Below, one piece after another: positions 36,592 through 49,444 of a stretch of 64,000 bases of DNA. The notes under the pieces are model-generated. The model did not search any database. It worked only from the letters and a program-made list of their open reading frames with translations, and was not told where the DNA came from. Position 1 is the stretch's first letter. Each line of letters starts with the position of its first letter. A program made the translations under genes and the position numbers. This stretch comes from Macrostomum lignano (taxonomy: Eukaryota), in assembly GCA_002269645.1 (NCBI GenBank), contig NIVC01003689.1, positions 1 through 64,000 of the forward strand, written 5' to 3'.

Positions 36592-38188
36592 ATGCAAATG
36601 AGGCTCTGCATAATAACTAAACTGATTGTCGCCTCGGCTACCATTGCCGCTGTGGCTGTGCTGATGGCGGCCTCGGCCGCTGCAAGCTTTGACAACCCTG
36701 AGCAGGAGGGTGAGCGATTGAATTGAAATTGGTGCATGCCTTGTCCGTTTGCTAAAATGCAATTCTGTTGCAGACTGTTTAGCATTGAGCCAACACCCCA
36801 CCCTCAGTTCATTCAGCCAACACCCCAACCCTCAGTTCATTCAGCCAACACCCCACCTAGTTCATTCAGCCAACACCCCAACCCCCAGTTCATTGAGCCA
36901 AAACCTCAATCCCAGTTCATTCAACCAACACCCCACCCAGTTCATTGAGCCAACGCCCCAACTCTAGATCATTCAGCCAACACCCCAACTCTAGTTCATT
37001 GAGCCAACACCCCAACTCTAGTTCATTGAGCCAACACCCCAACTCTAGTTCATTGAGCCAACACCCCACCCAGTTCATTCAGCCAACACCCCAACTCTAG
37101 TTCATTGAGCCAACACCCCAACTCTAGTTCATTGAGCCAACACCCCAACTCTAGTTCATTGAGCCAACACCCCAACTCTAGTTCATTGAGCCAACACCCC
37201 AACTCTAGTTCATTGAGCCAACACCCAACCCAGTTCATTGAGCCAACACCCCACCCAGTTCATTGAGCCAACACCCCACCCAGTTCATTCAGCCAACACC
37301 CAACCCAGTTCATTGAGCCAACACCCCACCCAGTTCATTGAGCCAACACCCCACCCAGTTCATTCAGCCAACACTAGCCAACTCTAGTACATTGAGCCAA
37401 CACCCAACCCAGTTCATTGAGCCAACACCCCAACTCTAGTACATTGAGCCAACACCCAACCCAGTTCATTGAGCCAACACCCCAACTCTAGTTCATTGAG
37501 CCAACACCCCAACTCTAGTTCATTGAGCCAACACCCCAACCCCAGTTCATTGAGCCAAAACCTCAACCCCAGTTTATTCAGCCAACACCCCAACCTCAGT
37601 TCATTCAACCAACACCCAACCCAGTTCATTGAGCCAACACCCAACCCAGTTCATTGAGCCAACACCCCAACCCCCAGTTCATTGAGCCAACACCCAACCC
37701 AGTTCATTGAGCCAACACCCAACCCAGTTCATTGAGCCAACACCCCAACCCCCAGTTCATTGAGCCAACACCCCACGCCATCAACCCTGCTTTTATCAGT
37801 AGCGCCATTGACTTCTACCACCTATCCTGTTATCAGTTGCACTAACACGCTCTCCCCTAATTAACTACATGTACAAAACTTATCAATTCCTTTTAGTACA
37901 TATAGGTGGTGTAGAGATATTCCTTTACTTTAACAAGCAACCCATTTTCGTCTCCAACTCTGCCATTCTCTCAAAAACACTCCAGACCGATCATCCACGC
38001 CTGTGATACCCGACTACTCCAACCTGCCGCTTCATCAAGAGGCTGTTTACAAGCGCGGCATCGAGCTGCCTGGAAATATTCATTGTTGCGTCAACGGCAT
38101 CGCCGGATGCTGTCGACGAAAACGCAGAATCCGCCGACGCCGAAGTTTCGACGATCAGTTGGAGTTCGACGCGAACAAACTGCCGTGA
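36592..38188 (+). CDS. Secreted cysteine-rich prepropeptide (106 aa); predicted mature peptide GIELPGNIHCCVNGIAGCC
   Basis: Exon 1 36592-36709 encodes signal peptide MQMRLCIITKLIVASATIAAVAVLMAASAAA, donor g|gtgagc (phase 1). Exon 2 37986-38188, acceptor ctccag| (phase 1 matches). KR precedes and RRKRRIRRRR follows a CC-X6-CC peptide (38057-38113). Confidence 0.8.
36785..37775. repeat. 24-29-bp minisatellite CAGTTCATTGAGCCAACACCCCA(ACTCT) filling the peptide-gene intron
   Basis: Direct inspection. Confidence 0.93.
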
Positions 38189-38447
38189 GCTTATAATTAG
38201 CTGCCGATAAATGAATGAAACAAACTCAAGCGCTGATCAAAATTTTAAAATGGCCGTGAGAAAAATTATTTTGTTTGTTAAATAAACTGTGACTTGGGAA
38301 ATATATGATTGCGCCGCCCATCCGGTCAAGATGTTTATGATTTGGTCATCTGCAAGGATTTATTAATAAATGGATTTAAAGAGTTTTTTAGTCAATATTT
38401 TTATGAAGTTCAAATAATGAGTATTTTTATGAGTTATCCATTCTCCA

Positions 38448-38876
38448 TCACCTATACTAAATCTCTAAGATCTGTTTGTCCATCTGTACGAGTCTGTCTG
38501 TCTGTCTGTCTCGTAACGCTCTAGAGATTGCAATTCTTGACCAATTTTGATGGCGTTTTCGCCAAAAGAATTTTAATTATCTGGAAGAAAGACAGTTAAA
38601 ATTTCTTTAATCTGCTTCAATGCTAAAGGTATTAAATATTCGAAAAACGAGTTCTCCCTATGCTTTTAATGGAATGCCACACCAAATTGAATTCTTGATT
38701 GGCTGAATTCCAATTCCAAAAATGATTGCGCCACAACTTTTCTCTCTTCACAGTGGCAGTGGCTGCGTGTGTACATTCTGACCCTGTGCATTGGCCCTGC
38801 CGAAGTGCCGTAGCATATATGGCTGATTTTGTCTCCCTCCGATCAATAGGCGGAGTAGCCGCGCTGTAGACACTAG
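38448..38876 (+). mobile_element. Short non-autonomous Helitron-like element (copy 1)
   Basis: A|TC...CTATACTAAA 5' end followed by (CTGT)n; 3' hairpin GCGG-AGTAG-CCGC followed 11 nt later by CTAG; shares TAAATATTCGAAAAAC with 58857-61594. The base after CTAG is A rather than T. Confidence 0.55.
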
Positions 38877-38897
38877 AACTATAGGTTTAGGCTAGGC

Positions 38898-39325
38898 GTA
38901 AGGTCCAAGGTTCGATTCCGCCTCCCGGCGGACAAATAACGTTGAATTAAATCAACTATTGGTAGCCTGTGCATCAGGCTACCATGCACAGGTGGCCTGA
39001 TGCATGGTAGCCTGATAGCCTGATCAGGTCTGTAAGGTCCAAGGTCTGTAAGGTCCAAGGTTCTTATCCTTGGAATAAGGTCCAAGGAATAAGGTTCCTT
39101 GGAATAAGGAATAAGGTTCCTTGGAATAAGGTTCCTTGGAATAAGGTTCCTTGGACCTTATCCTTGGAATAAGGTCCAAGGAATCGGACCTTACAAGGTC
39201 TGTAAGGTCCAAGGTTCTGTGGGCCTGTAAGGTCCAAGGTTCGATTCCGCCTCCCGGCGGACAAATAACGTTGAATTAAATCAACTATTGGTAGCCCGTG
39301 CATGGTAGCCTGATAGCCTGATCAA
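38898..39325. repeat. Pair of ~70-bp direct repeats containing a B-box (GGTTCGATTCC) around AGGTTCCTTGGAATA-type short repeats
   Basis: 38898-38967 is near-identical to 39227-39296. Confidence 0.75.
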
Positions 39326-40544
39326 AATTTTTTGATTAATAGCAAATAAATTATCTTTATTAATTAGCAATTAATTATTTTTGCTACTCAAGACAAGTCG
39401 CTAAGCAAATTTGATTTGTAAAAAACTGCTTCGAGTATTACTGATCCCATCAATGGGTATTGCCTAGCTCCATGAAAGTTTGAAATTCCTAAACTGCAGA
39501 CGATGCTCCGAGACTGCTGAAGGTATTGCTAAATGCTGGGTTGTGCAAAAGACTGCCGATATGTATCGAAAATTGATTAGTGAGCCGTACAATGCCGATG
39601 AAATTTCTTGATTGCTGAAAGGATTATTGCAGTTTGCTAAGGAGATACTGAGAAGAACTGCAGTCTGCTGAGAGGATGAATGAGAATTGTTAAGGGAACA
39701 GTTGTAAACTGCAAATGGAATGACTGCAGACTGCTGAGGGAAACTGCAGATTGTCGAAGGGGTCATTCATGCAGACCTTTCAGACTTATGAGTGCTGCTG
39801 AAGGGATGACTATCTACAGAGTTATTAGTGGATAATAGCTGTGAAGGATTAAATGCAAGTTGTTGAGGAGATTACTGGGGACTGCTAAGTGAATTATTGT
39901 AGTTTGCTGAGAGGACAATTCTAGGCCGCTGAGGGTATAAATGCACAATGTTAATGTAAGTTTTAGACTGCAAAGTAGATAAATACAGACTGCCAAGAGA
40001 TGAGTGCAGTCTGTTTTGCGGGATTAGATGAAGGGATAATTTCAGGCTGTTGTGGAGATTTCTGGGGGGGTTCACTTCAAACTGCTGAAGTTACTAAACT
40101 TCTTGAATAGTGAGGTTATTTCGACCATCTGTCATTAAAAACGATAGCCGCGTTGTAGGCAGGCAGTAACAGGCATAGACTGAAGGTCGGCAGTTCGAGC
40201 CTGCATTGAAAGAACGGATTTATTTCTGAGACCTGTGACAATGTGACAACAAGTGATTTACGGTCTCCTATGCAGATTCATGCAGATTTTTAACATTTAA
40301 AGTTGAATATACTTTTGCTGGGGCTGCGTTAATCTTCTAGAGCAGTGCTAATCTGATGTAAGTGCTAATTTGCAGGAGGTATCACTAATCTGGGTGAGCA
40401 GCGCTTATCGGTGAGAGCAGTGCTAATCTGACGTACAATAAAGTAATAAATATGTAAGAGGATTGCAAATCAATTTCAAGTGGTTTCGATTATTGAAAAA
40501 CAAGTAGATTAGCGGCCAGCTGCGCACTGATTGAGAGAAACAGT

Positions 40545-41135
40545 GCTGGTGAACCATTGCTTGACTGCTGGTGAACCATTGTTTGACTGCTGGTGAACCA
40601 TTGTTTGACTGCTGGTGAACCATTGCTTGACTGCTGGTGAACCATTGTTTGACTGCTGGTGAACCATTGTTTGACTGCTGGTGAACCATTGTTTGACTGC
40701 TGGTGAACAATTGCTAAACTGCTGGTGAAGCATTGCTTGACTGCTGGTGAACAATTGCTAAACTGTTGGCAAACAATTGCTAAACTGCTGGTAAACAATT
40801 GCTAAACTGCTGGTACACAATTGCTAAACTGCTGGTGAACAATTGCTAAACTGTTGGCAAACAATTGCTAAACTGCTGGTAAACAATTGCTAAACTGCTG
40901 GTAAACAATTGCTAAACTGCTGGTAAGCAATTGCTAAACTGCTGGTAAACAATTGCTAAACTGCTGGTAAACAATTGCTAAACTGCTGGTAAACAATTGC
41001 TAAACTGCTGGTAAGCAATTGCTAAACTGCTGGTAAACAATTGCTAAACTGCTGGTAAACAATTGCTAAACTGCTGGTAAACAATTGCTAAACTGCTGGT
41101 AAGCAATTGCTAAACTGCTGGTAAACAATTGCTAT
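40545..41135. repeat. 22-bp minisatellite TGCTGGTGAACCATTGTTTGAC grading into TGCTGGTAAACAATTGCTAAAC
   Basis: Direct inspection. Confidence 0.93.
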
Positions 41136-41209
41136 GAATCACTTTAATTTTTTTTAAAAACTTCTTTAAAGAGAAGAAAACTCAACTCAAAAAAAAGCGA
41201 AAAAGAATC

Positions 41210-42245
41210 ACCATGTCAACCATAAAAGAAGCAGCCTGTCCAGTATAAAAGAATCATTGGGAATTGCTAAGATGTCAGGGCTGGTATGGGAAATTGCTAT
41301 AATGATGTGATTCTGGGGAGAATTACTTTGATTTCAAGTTTCGTTTGTGAAATTGCTGAGTTATAAAGGCTCATTCGAAGATTGCTTTGCTGTCAAAGCT
41401 CATGGGGATAATTACTGGAATGCTGTGGCTGTTGGGGGAATTGCCGAGATTGTTAGGGTAAAGTAAGGGTTAAACCATAAATGAATTGGCCTGTCAAACA
41501 CAAAATACTCATTGGGGAATGTCAAGGCTCATGGGGGGTATCTGAAATATACTGTGGCTCAAGGCTCAGGGGGAATTGCTGTGATTGCAAAACATGGGGA
41601 TATTGCCGAAATTCTGTGCCTCAAATAGGAGTTGCTGAGATATCAAGGCTCATTGGGGAATTGCTGAGCTGTCGAAGCTCATGGGGTATCCGTGTAATGC
41701 TGTACGCTGTGGCTCTTGGGGTATTGCTGAGATGCTGAGGTTCACAGGGGAACGGCTAGGATGTCAAAGGCTCATATGGGAATTAATAACATTCTCGAAA
41801 TGTCAAGGTTCATTGGGAAATTGTTGAAATGCTGTGACTCGACAGGGTTAGGGTTAGGGTCAGTTTTGGTTCAACCATAGAATAACCGCTCTGTCAACCA
41901 TAAAAGACTTGCTAAGATATCAAGACTCATAAGGGGAATCGCTGAGTTGACAAGGTTCATGAAGAAATTGCTGAGATATCAAGGCTCATAAGGGGATTGC
42001 TGAATTCTTGGGGGAGGGGAGTTGGGTTGTTGAGTTGTCAAGGCTTACTGGGCTGGGAGAATTGCGTAGATGTCAAGGCTCGAGTTTAATTGCTGCGATG
42101 TCGATGTCGAATTTCTGAGATGTCAAGGCCTACTGGGGGAATTGCTGAGATATCAAGGCTCCATGGGGGATGGCTGAACTGTTGAGATATTAAGGCTTTT
42201 GGGGGATGGCTGAATTATTGGGGGAGGGGGTTGGGTTGTTGAGCA
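41210..42245 (+). repeat. Degenerate GAATTGCTGAGATGTCAAGGCTC repeats with embedded GGGTTAGGGTTAGGGT; related to the Helitron interior at 58950-59950
   Basis: Reverse complement of the GAGCCTTGACATCTCAGCAATTC motif at 58950-59950; telomeric hexamers at 41845-41860. Confidence 0.65.
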
Positions 42246-42769
42246 ATTGTCAGATCGTCAAGTAGTACGGCTCAAGTAGCTCATTTAATTCAGATATTAA
42301 AATAATACACACAGGTGATGCTGATTTCTGCTAATAGGAAATATAGGAAATACCAGCGTATTAATTAAAGGTTAATGGTTAATTGTTCTTTGAGTTAAGC
42401 CTATAAAGAGGGTCTAGGCCGTCCGGGATTGGCGTATTGAACTTCTGCTGCGGACTAGAATATTATCAGGCCAATGACGATATGCACTAAAAGTTCGTGC
42501 TTGAAAGGATAAGCACTACTTGCTGTTTGAAAAAGGGTTTTGGGCTGATGAAGGAAACTTTTTTAGCTGGTGAAAGTTTTGATTCATGGCAATTTATTTT
42601 TTGCCAAAATCAGAAAAAGTATTTTTTATTAATGAAAATCAACATTTTGGATAATTAGCAAGGTTACTCTTGGTCCAAAATAAAAACCAGTTGGTGTCAT
42701 TTTTAAGTCCCCCCCAGTGGGGGCCAAATGGCTAGTCTAAATAACTAAATCTGAAAAGTTTCTATGCAT

Positions 42770-43345
42770 GTACATAAATCTCTTTTAAAAGAATTTATCC
42801 AACCGATTTTTTTCAAACTTGCACTATTCGATCAGAAATTCTTGCGAATCGAATCGGTACAGTTATCTGAAAGCTTGCTTTATTTTAAAGGGATTAAATA
42901 TTTGAAAAACATGCTTTTTGCAAAGGTCAAGCAGATTTTTTCGACTTGAAATGCATTGAAAAAATGTTAGAGAAAAAACTGACTGGTGAATTCTGATTCT
43001 GAATTGCTGAATTGAATTGCGTCACTGTGTTGAAAACACAGTGTGGAAGCAGAGCACTAGACTACTTGATTTAGAATTCGTAACCATATTGTCAACTTAA
43101 TAGAGACTGGTACTGACTTGCCTAAGCAATTAATTATATCATAACTGACTTGGTTTGAGTGTTGAATTATAAGTTCTACAAATTCATGATATCAAAACGA
43201 TGAGAGCTAGCCTAGAGGTGAACAGACTGAACTGTTAATGCAGCGATGTGGGTTTGAATTTTTAGAGCGTCAAGTTTTTTATTAAAACTTTTTAACGTCA
43301 AGAAAACTAAAGAGAACTTTAAAAGAAACAGCATGTGCTTGTATG
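42770..43345 (+). mobile_element. 5'-truncated copy of the Helitron-like family (copy 2)
   Basis: Co-linear with the reverse complement of ~60945-61510 (ACCGATTTT...CAAACTTGCACT...GATCAGAAATT; CTAGCCTAGAGGTGAACAGACTGAACTG). Confidence 0.8.
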
Positions 43346-44054
43346 AAAAATAAAAAATGAAGCGTCACGTCAGGTTATCAAGGTGTTTAGCGTCACAGAA
43401 GTTTTTAAGTGTCCGGTTTGTGGACTGGAAAGCTTGACGCGACGAACATGCTCGTAGTTTTTATAATGAGCATTAGCCATTAATTGACATCAATCATTTC
43501 TTGTGCGATAAGCTCGTACCATACTTATATATCTGACACGTACTCAGGTTATGTTCCAACCCTCCAGTCAGACTGAGTCAACATGGAAGCGTCGCATTTC
43601 TTTTAAAAATATGAAATCCTTTCGAATCAAAGCTAATCGGGTCAAATTTCAGCAATTAAATTTTTGCTAATCATACGAGCTGGTACAGACGAACAGACGA
43701 ATCAGGACACTTCTGCGCAAGTGTGTTTGCACTAGGATTCTGTATTTCTCGAATTTCTTGCAGAAACTGATGAAGAAGTCAGTTTTATTAAGATACGCCC
43801 GAACTAAGCATATAAAGCTACTATATATGTATACTCTTGCATTACGTGGGGACATTCAGGTTCTTACCGAGGCTTGGCAGTTGATTTTGGCGCATATTTT
43901 TCATTGATTTTAACGCCATTTGTCATGGATTTTGGCACCATTGGTCATTGATTTTGGCGCCATTTGTTATTGATTTTAGCGCCCTCTTGTCTCGAATTTT
44001 CCAGACCGCGACGCTCATACGGTAAATATTTAGTCAACGACGAAATTTCTTAGA

Positions 44055-44325
44055 TGCCAATTGGCTCAATGGGGAGTTGCTGAGATGCCATGGCTCAATG
44101 GGGAGTTGTTGAGATGCCATGGCTCAATGGGGGAGCTGCTGAGATGCCAATTGACTCAATGGGGAGTTGCTGAGATGCCGATTGACTCAATGGGGAGTTG
44201 CTGAGATGCCGATTGACTCCATGGGGAGTTGCTGAGATGCCAATTGACTCAATGGGGAGTTGCTGAGATGCCGATTGACTCAATGGGGAGTTGCTGGGAT
44301 GCCATGGCTCACTGGGGAGTTGCTG
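44055..44325. repeat. 31-bp minisatellite TGGGGAGTTGCTGAGATGCCAATTGACTCAA
   Basis: About 8 copies. Confidence 0.88.
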
Positions 44326-44924
44326 GTACCATTGGTCTAGAAATCTGGATTATCAGGTGTAATGCTTTACCCCAATATATGAACATGAAAATTTTAAGAA
44401 ACCGACAATAATGACAATCCAAAATGATTTGCACGCAGAAACCTACAAGCAATGCTGCTGAGAAGAAGAAATTACAAGGTTAAGTTTTACCTGATGGCAT
44501 AAATAAGAAATCAACCAATTAGTTAGACAGTCGCTGAATAAAAGCCACCCTTAGTCCCAGAAGAGCTGCGCAACTCAATAAGCATAGTTAATTTCGTTAG
44601 TCTTGCATTCAATTTTAACATAATTATATATTTTCTCTGCTTTGAAAGCTTTTAGGCAGTCTGTAGAAGTGAGCCAAATTAATTAGTAATCATTTGCTAG
44701 GAAAATAAAAGCTTCATCGAATCACTAGAGACGTATTGACGCAAACTCAAACAGCGGTGCGGCTTCACGCAGAATTGCAAATTTCGCTTCTCGGGACGCG
44801 ACGAACTTCTACTGTCGCTTATCAGTCAGGGTTACGGATGGAAGAAAATGTAGGTGGAGAGTGAGGCTGGCTTGGTGAATCAGCATAGTATCTCACTGAG
44901 CGACATGTGCGACACGACGAAAGA

Positions 44925-45785
44925 GTGTAGGTGAGGGTAGAGTGAGAGTAGGTGAGGGTAGAGTGAGAGTAGGTGAGGGTAGAGTGAGAGTAGGTGAGGG
45001 TAGAGTGAGAGTAGGTGAGGTTAGGGTGAGAGTAGGTGAGGTTAGGGTGAGAGTAGGTGAGGTTAGGGTGAGAGTAGGTGAGGTTAGGGTGAGAGTAGGT
45101 GAGGTTAGGGTGAGAGTAGGTGAGGGCAGAGTGAGAGTAGGTGAGGGCAGAGTGAGAGTAGGTGAGGGCAGAGTGAGAGTAGGTGCAGAGGGTAGGGTGA
45201 GAGTAGGTGAGGGTAGGGTGAGAGTAGGTGAGGTTAAGGTGAGAGTAGGTGAGGTTGGGGTGAGAGTAGGTGAGGTTAAGGTGAGAGTAGGTGAGGGTAG
45301 GGTGAGAGTAGGTGAGGTTAAGGTGAGAGTAGGTGAGGGTAGGGTGAGAGTAGGTGAGGTTAGGGTCAGAGTAGGTGAGGTTAGGGTGAGAGTAGGTGAG
45401 GTTAGGGTGAGAGTAGGTGAGGGCAGAGTGAGAGCAGAGGTGAGAGTAGGTGAGGTTAGGGTGAGAGTAGGTGAGGTTAGGGTGAGAGTAGGTGAGGTTA
45501 GGGTGAGAGTAGGTGAGGGCAGAGTGAGAGCAGAGGTGAGAGTAGGTGAGGTTAGGGTGAGAGTAGGTGAGGTTAGGGTCAGAGTAGGTGAGGTTAGGGT
45601 GAGAGTAGGTGAGGTTAGGGTGAGAGTAGGTGAGGGCAGAGTGAGAGTAGGTGAGGGTAGAGTGAGAGCAGAGGTGAGAGTAGGTGAGGTTAGGGTGAGA
45701 GTAGGTGAGGTTAGGGTGAGAGTAGGTGAGGACAGAGTGAGAGTAGGTGAGGGCAGAGTGAGAGTAGGTGAGGGTAGAGTGGGAC
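44925..45785. repeat. Purine-rich 21-bp minisatellite GAGAGTAGGTGAGG(TTAGGGT/GTAGAGT)
   Basis: About 40 copies; resumes at 49445-49640. Confidence 0.95.
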
Positions 45786-45810
45786 AAGGGGGTGAGAATA
45801 GCCCTCTGGT

Positions 45811-48800
45811 AAATAAACCAGATAACATCACAAGATAACTTTCGCTCAAAAAAGATAATATGCCCTATTCCGGTTATGCAAAATGTTATTTTATGAATCC
45901 CGTTTGCGTGACGAAATCTTACGTTTCCTTGTTTCAAACAAGATTCAAATAGGATTCGCTGACCAGGTAACAGTCGGGTAATTCATGCGAATCCTGCAGG
46001 GAAACATCGTGTTATCCTGTTTGTTATCTTGTTTGTTATCCTGTCTGGCAAACAGGATTCGCTGACCAGGTAACAGTCGGGTAATTAATGTGAAAGAAAG
46101 CCGGAAGGCATTGACATCAAATTTCGCAGTAAAGAAGCGTATGAAAAGTTGGTGCTTCAAGATTTTATGAGTAGCATCTCTATATTTAACAGCGGGTTGT
46201 ACTTTGTAAGCGCCTTATACAAACTAAACAAGGAACAGGAACAAGCTCAACAGGAACGAAAACTTCTGGAGAACAGCGTGGCATACGTATGAGTTTCGAC
46301 AGTCGAGTTATATGTAGACCTACTTATACTGTGGATACTAATTGACACTACTGAATTGGTGATCTGCTGCGAGCTGGTGCTGAGTCGCAGGTCGGACCTG
46401 CTGTACTCGGACACGACTCTGATGGCAGTCGACGCGTGAGCCAGACGTTTGAAAGATCGGGTCGCGCGCACGGAAGGCGATTAATGAGACCACTGACGGG
46501 GGCTTGCATTATATGCCGGCGCAATGGAACGACTCTGCATTATTAAAGTTAAATTAAATGGCGATGGAAGGCAGTTTCTCCGAAATATACACAGTTATAA
46601 AGAAACAGCAATGTACATACCCACTCGATCGTCTAGCTCTAACAGACAGCGACGGTTCGCCGACAATCATTGCCAGATTGTACGACTGTTCACTAGTAAT
46701 GTCAGCTGCGTCGATAGAATTGTCATTCGTAGCATAGTCGTCATCCAGAATCAACTGGCTTTCGTTGATCGGCTGCTCGTAGACCAGAGACGAAGTGAAT
46801 GGTGTGCCATCTGATGCGCCGGCTTGCGCGGCGCTGGCTTCGTTGCGTCCACGAAATGCCGACTACGCTGGAAACTCTTACATGATTGTCTTCGAAATCC
46901 CGTGTGCCAACGGTAATATCCAACCGACTTGACGTTGCAGATGTCACTAGTGCGATGGACGATCGTCTAACGGCGTCATCAACTGCGTCGTTCGAGGCAA
47001 TGACACCCTCCGGAAAAAGTGGCTGACAAGATTGCCGACACTCATGGTCTGTAACGACTACTCCCTTGACTTGTTCGATGATTTATTAAATCTCGAAAAG
47101 ATTACCGACACTCGTAGTCTGTAACGACTACTCTCTTGACTTGATCTGCTCAGGGCTGGTGCAACTGCAAACGCATTAGACAAACCAATGGAGCATGCAC
47201 AGAAAAAATCGGATTAGCGTCTATCTTAATAGGAAAGCTGCTTTGCATACTGGGCCAGTTAGAGCTATTTGGAACTATGCCACAGTCTCCGTCTAGACAC
47301 CCAGCTGTGCCAAACAATATGGTTGGCTGACTCATGCTTCTAAGCGTCAAATATGACGATAGAATCATTCAGCCCGTTGACACACTAAGCAGCTGTGATA
47401 GACTACATGCCAGTGGTAGTCAAACCTCTCGCACACAATCAGGGCGCAACAATTTTTCAATTGTCACCTGTACGGAGGATGGGCACAGCCTCACATTACG
47501 GACGCTACAGTGCCTCCGAAAAGCAGATCAATTCACCTTGCAATTTCGAGGCTTTATTACCCCTAGGATTAAAGATTGACCCGCGTAGTCAAATAAAAGT
47601 GACTACTCTTAGCAGCTGCCTTGAGCCACAACAGACGCGAGGTTTGATTACCCCTCGTAGGTCAGCATTTTCAGTCAACTGCTCAACTCTGATTCATCGG
47701 TTGAAGCGGGGTTCCATTATCACTCGCTGGTGGCCATACACCAACACTGCAGACGCTTTAGACAACCCAATGGAGCATGCTCTAGCAAGAGCTAGAATAA
47801 CGTCTGTCTTAAAAAAAAGCTACCTTAGAACTGGGCCAGTAGGAGCTTTTGGAACCATGCCACAGCTCCATCTAGACACCCAGCTGCACCAGATAATAGG
47901 GTAATCTGATACACTAAGTAACCGCGACAGACTACATGCCATTGGGAGTCAAACCTCTCCAGCACAATAAGAATGCAATAGTTTGTCGGAGAGCCAACAA
48001 AGCTATCACCTGCAGGGAGGGCGGGCACGGCCTCACATTACGAGCGCTAGCGTTTGGTGATATATGGCACTTTACCCCTCGCAGGTCAGCATAGCAGCTG
48101 CCTTGAACCACAACAGAAGCGAGGATTGATTATCCATCGCAGGTCAGCATAGGAGCTGCCTTGAGCCACAACAGAAGCGAGGATTGATTATCCATCGCAG
48201 GTCAGCATAGGAGCTGCCTTGAGCCACAACAGAAGCGAGGATTGATTATCCATCGCAGGTCAGCATAGCAACTGCCTTGAGTCCCAACAGAAGCGAGGAT
48301 TGATTATCCATCGCAGGTCAGCATAGCAACTGCCTTGAGCCACAACAGAAGCGAGGATTGATTATCCATCGCAGGTCAGCATAGCAGCTGCCTTGAGCCA
48401 CAACAGAAGCGAGGATTGATTATCCATCGCAGGTCAGCATAGCAGCTGCCTTGAGCCCCAACAGAAGCGAGGATTGGTTATCCATCGCAGGTCAGCATAG
48501 CAGCTGCCTTGAGCCACAACAGAAGCGAGGATTGGTTATCCATCGCAGGTCAGCATAGCAGCTGCCTTGAGCCACAACAGACGGAAGACCAGTCTTATCC
48601 GTAACTTCATTGAGATTCCGGTCAATGGGGAGCTGATCCCTGTGGATTTTCCGGATAACTTGGTCTAGATCGCTGAGGAATTCCGACTGAGCTCCCAAAA
48701 TCTCATCCAGAAAATTTTCATTTGGAAAACCTGAAATTTGGGTCTGCAATCAGAATTCAGCAGCTGTTCCAGGTTAAAAATTTTGGAAAATCCAGCCAGA

Positions 48801-49439
48801 ACAGTTTTCCTTTTTCCCGAACTTTTGCAGGATCACACTTTCCGGAAAAGAGGGGCTTTTCCGGGCCAAAAATTCTGATCCAAGCCTTCACTTGGAAATC
48901 AATTAATACATCGGGCCCAGATCACGAAATTCTGGAAAAAATTCTGGGTGAAAAGTACAACGGGTTCTTACAGACCGGATAACACAAAGGCATCTTGATT
49001 GAAATCTTTTTCCATTATCTGCTTTGCAAACCAGATTCGCATCATGTTATCCGACAAATTTCAGATTCACAAGGTTTCTTACAGACCAGATAACACACAG
49101 TTATCTTGATTAAAATCTTGTACTGTTATCTGATTTTCAAACAAGATTCGCGCCATGTTATCCTGTGAAATTCAGATAACTCACCAGATAACAGTCAAAC
49201 AAGAAAACAAAAAATTATCTGGTGGCGAATCTTGTCATGTAATCTGATTTCTAAGCAAAATTCGGGCCATGTTATCTGGTGAAATTCAGATAACTCACCA
49301 GATAACAGGCAAACCAGATAACACTAAAATTACCTGGTGACAAATCTGGTGGTTTCACCAGTTTCGCACCTCAAACAAGGAAATCGGTAGTGAATCTGAC
49401 AAGATTCGCAAATTATCTTGTGGTTTATCTGGTTTATTT
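45811..49439. mobile_element. Putative 3.6-kb non-autonomous TIR element inserted in the 21-bp minisatellite
   Basis: ~33-bp imperfect TIR AAATAAACCAGATAA...CACAAGATAA; dense subterminal CCAGATAAC/GTTATCTGG motifs at both ends; same minisatellite in the same orientation on both flanks. No transposase or TSD identified. Confidence 0.55.
48070..48580. repeat. 58-bp tandem repeat GCAGGTCAGCATAGCAGCTGCCTTGAGCCACAACAGAAGCGAGGATTGATTATCCATC
   Basis: About 9 copies, no spacers. Confidence 0.93.
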
Positions 49440-49444
49440 TATTT

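Noticed and set aside
38057-38113. Insulin-like A chain (KR-GI...CC)
   Set aside because: Cysteine spacing is CC-X6-CC rather than CC-X3-C-X8-C, and no B chain is present in the precursor.
38898-38970. tRNA gene (also 6872-6940 and 40140-40210)
   Set aside because: Only B-box or T-loop motifs; no complete cloverleaf could be folded.
44740-44930. Possible exon ending ag|gtgagg
   Set aside because: In-frame stop, no recognisable domain, and the donor-like site is the start of the minisatellite.
44822-45937. Mucin-like or (VRVGE)n ORFs on both strands
   Set aside because: 21-bp minisatellite artefact.
46250-47030. Cadherin-like two-exon gene fragment
   Set aside because: The donor (phase 2) and the acceptor needed for the cadherin-like frame (phase 1) are incompatible and the resemblance is too weak; kept only as unnamed cargo.
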